Translations under genes and position numbers: made by a program
In this document: positions 51,092 through 51,246 of the stretch, in pieces
Position numbering within the stretch: position 1 is the stretch's first letter
Layout: each line of letters starts with the position of its first letter
Source of the DNA: Oligoflexus sp.
GTDB lineage: Bacteria; Bdellovibrionota_B; Oligoflexia; Oligoflexales; Oligoflexaceae
Length of the DNA: 51,246 nt
Direction of reading: 5' to 3'
NCBI GenBank assembly: GCA_041736305.1
Contig: JBGSTX010000273.1
Coordinates: forward strand, 1 to 51,246
Notes under the pieces: model-generated
The model's database searches: none
What the model was told of the DNA's origin: nothing
What the model saw: only the letters and a program-made list of their open reading frames with translations

Positions 51092-51246
51092 ATGTTCCAC
51101 GTGGAACATTGCCAAAGGGTCGGGCTCTGATGTTCCACGTGGAACATTGCCAAAGGGTCGGGATCCGATGTTCCACGTGGAACATTGCCAAAGGGTCGGG
51201 ATCCGATGTTCCACGTGGAACATTGCCAAAGGGTCGGGATCCGATG
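51092..51246. repeat. 38-bp tandem array, each unit containing a perfect parS; truncated by the window end
   Basis: Unit ATGTTCCACGTGGAACATTGCCAAAGGGTCGGGATCCG. parS at 51093, 51131, 51169 and 51207, with another beginning at 51245. The first unit differs at 2 linker positions (GGGCTCTG). Confidence 0.95.

Noticed and set aside
51092-51246. CRISPR array (palindromic repeats at regular spacing)
   Set aside because: The spacers are identical or nearly so, the repeat is the canonical parS, parB is adjacent, and there are no cas genes.

Overview
A gene-dense bacterial chromosomal housekeeping region, probably close to the replication origin. Gene content (RpoH, atpF'/atpF-led atp operon directly after parB, single-cytochrome-b SdhCAB, small-type PurSQL, AmgK/MurU) suggests a deltaproteobacterial-like lineage such as Bdellovibrionota/Oligoflexia; this is an inference. 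From left to right it holds a partial Nudix hydrolase, NAD-type isocitrate dehydrogenase, PP2C phosphatase, M23 peptidase, secA and rph. Next is a long minus-strand run: ICMT-like protein, yajC, beta-barrel, M16 peptidase, sdhCAB, purS, purQ, purL, purF and a DUF5522-like Cys-rich protein. Then come a Rep/UvrD helicase, rpoH, DAGK-AmgK-MurU, a double-LysM exported protein, a reduced dcw cluster (no mraZ, murE, murG, murB or ddl), SDR and GT4 genes, atpF'FHAGDC and parB. The most striking non-coding element is at the right edge: five perfect parS palindromes, four of them in a 38-bp tandem array that sits where parA normally lies and runs off the window. No rRNA, tRNA, CRISPR array or mobile element was recognised. 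All protein calls come from motif recognition by eye, with no database searches.
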